From the NCBI GenBank assembly GCA_028688935.1, contig JAQTXE010000001.1, forward strand, positions 1 to 53,207: a DNA stretch of 53,207 bases. Direction: 5' to 3'. Numbering within the stretch: the stretch's first letter is position 1; the number at the start of each line of letters is the position of its first letter. The notes below the pieces were generated by a model. That model saw nothing but the letters and a program-made list of their open reading frames with translations. It made no database searches and was not told where the DNA came from. The translations under genes and the position numbers were made by a program. Positions 52,638-53,207 of this stretch are shown piece by piece. Origin of the DNA: Syntrophales bacterium. GTDB lineage: Bacteria > Desulfobacterota > Desulfobaccia > Desulfobaccales > 0-14-0-80-60-11.

Positions 52638-53207
52638 GCTTACAAGTAAAGTCTATTGTTCTTTACAGTCATAGCGGTGTCAAAAGAACGTTGCCTTTTC
52701 AGCAGGGGCGCGTAAACATCATTACGGGGAAATCTGGCAGAGGAAAATCAGCAATTATTCCGATTATCGATTATTGTCTTGGACGTTCCGCTTTTCAAAT
52801 TCCAGAAGGAGTTATTAAAGATAATGTTGCATGGTATGGCCTTATCCTTATGATTGGTGATGACACAGAGATTATGATAGCGAAGCCTACACCAGAGCCT
52901 GGGGCTTTTACTCAAAGCAAAGCCTATTATGCAGTCTCATCACAGATAAAATGTCCCAATATTTCCGATTTAATTCTTAACGCCAATGATTCATCCATTG
53001 TTGAATCTCTTTCTAAATTAATAGGAATATCACCAAATATCAACATTCCAAATTCTGGCGAGACGAGGCATCCATTGGAAGCCACGATCCGCCATACAAC
53101 TCCATACCTGTTCCAAGATCAAAATTTGGTTGCCAATAAGGATATCCTCTTCTATCGTCAGCTTGAACCATATAAGCCCCAGTCAATGGTTGATACCCTC
53201 CCATACT
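52634..53207 (+). CDS. DUF3732-like ABC/SMC-type ATPase, N-terminal fragment (3' end outside the window; not in the ORF track)
   Basis: My own translation from ATG 52634: [52 protein letters not shown]... This gives Walker A GKSGRGKS and the IIDYCLG motif that I associate with DUF3732. The frame is open to the window end. Confidence 0.6.
   Translation, partial: [191 protein letters not shown]

Larger units (their letters stand above)
50750..53207. other. Second AT-rich accessory island downstream of the lysis cassette (ABC-three-component-type system), continuing past the window end
   Basis: Abrupt GC drop after the spanin stop at 50739 (19/60 G+C at 51001-51060). Three overlapping + strand genes with defence-type domains. 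Confidence 0.75.

Noticed and set aside
1-53207. CRISPR arrays, rRNA genes, tRNA genes, integrase/transposase genes and IS elements.
   Set aside because: I noticed no regularly spaced direct repeats, no rRNA-like conserved stretches, no cloverleaf candidates, and no recombinase or DDE motifs in any ORF.

Overview
This window is a segment of a high-GC tailed-phage or prophage genome from a diderm host, carrying two lower-GC accessory islands full of anti-phage-type genes.

- **1-5.1 kb, early genes:** a DUF488 fragment, a ParB-like protein, a phage-encoded DnaN beta clamp, a Cys-cluster protein with a long acidic/proline-rich tail, and a Cas4-like PD-(D/E)XK nuclease.
- **5.09-28.4 kb, first island:** about 23 kb, 13 genes, no integrase or transposase. 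It holds:
  - a 1084-aa SF2 helicase-nuclease fusion on the minus strand;
  - an unnamed 3-gene operon (EEP phosphodiesterase, a 624-aa protein with a TIM-barrel-like C-terminal half, and a nucleoside 2-deoxyribosyltransferase-like protein);
  - a Septu-like PtuA-PtuB pair that runs without a break into an NspC-like PLP decarboxylase, a DUF3326 protein and a B12-domain radical-SAM-like protein;
  - a translationally coupled cassette of DUF499 ATPase, DUF3780, DUF1156 methyltransferase and PLD/SNF2 helicase.
- **28.46-50.74 kb, morphogenesis and lysis:**
  - an HK97-type module: portal fused to a MuF domain, prohead protease, major capsid, connectors, major tail, G/GT chaperones with an A_AAA_AAC -1 slippery site, tape measure, and baseplate/fibre genes including two ConA/LamG-like proteins;
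  - a lysis cassette: SH3-GH24-amidase endolysin, holin-like proteins, and overlapping i-/o-spanins.
- **50.75-53.2 kb, second island:** AT-rich, with an ABC-three-component-type system (Cap4/DUF4297-like effector, middle component, and a DUF3732-like ABC ATPase cut by the window end).

I saw no rRNA, tRNA or CRISPR array, and no terminase gene in the window. The best candidates for something undescribed are the EEP/TIM-barrel/NDT-like operon and the Septu-linked decarboxylase/DUF3326/radical-SAM trio. The DUF499 cassette is a poorly understood third. All family assignments come from motif recognition by eye, not from database searches. GC statements come from hand counts on a few 60-nt lines.
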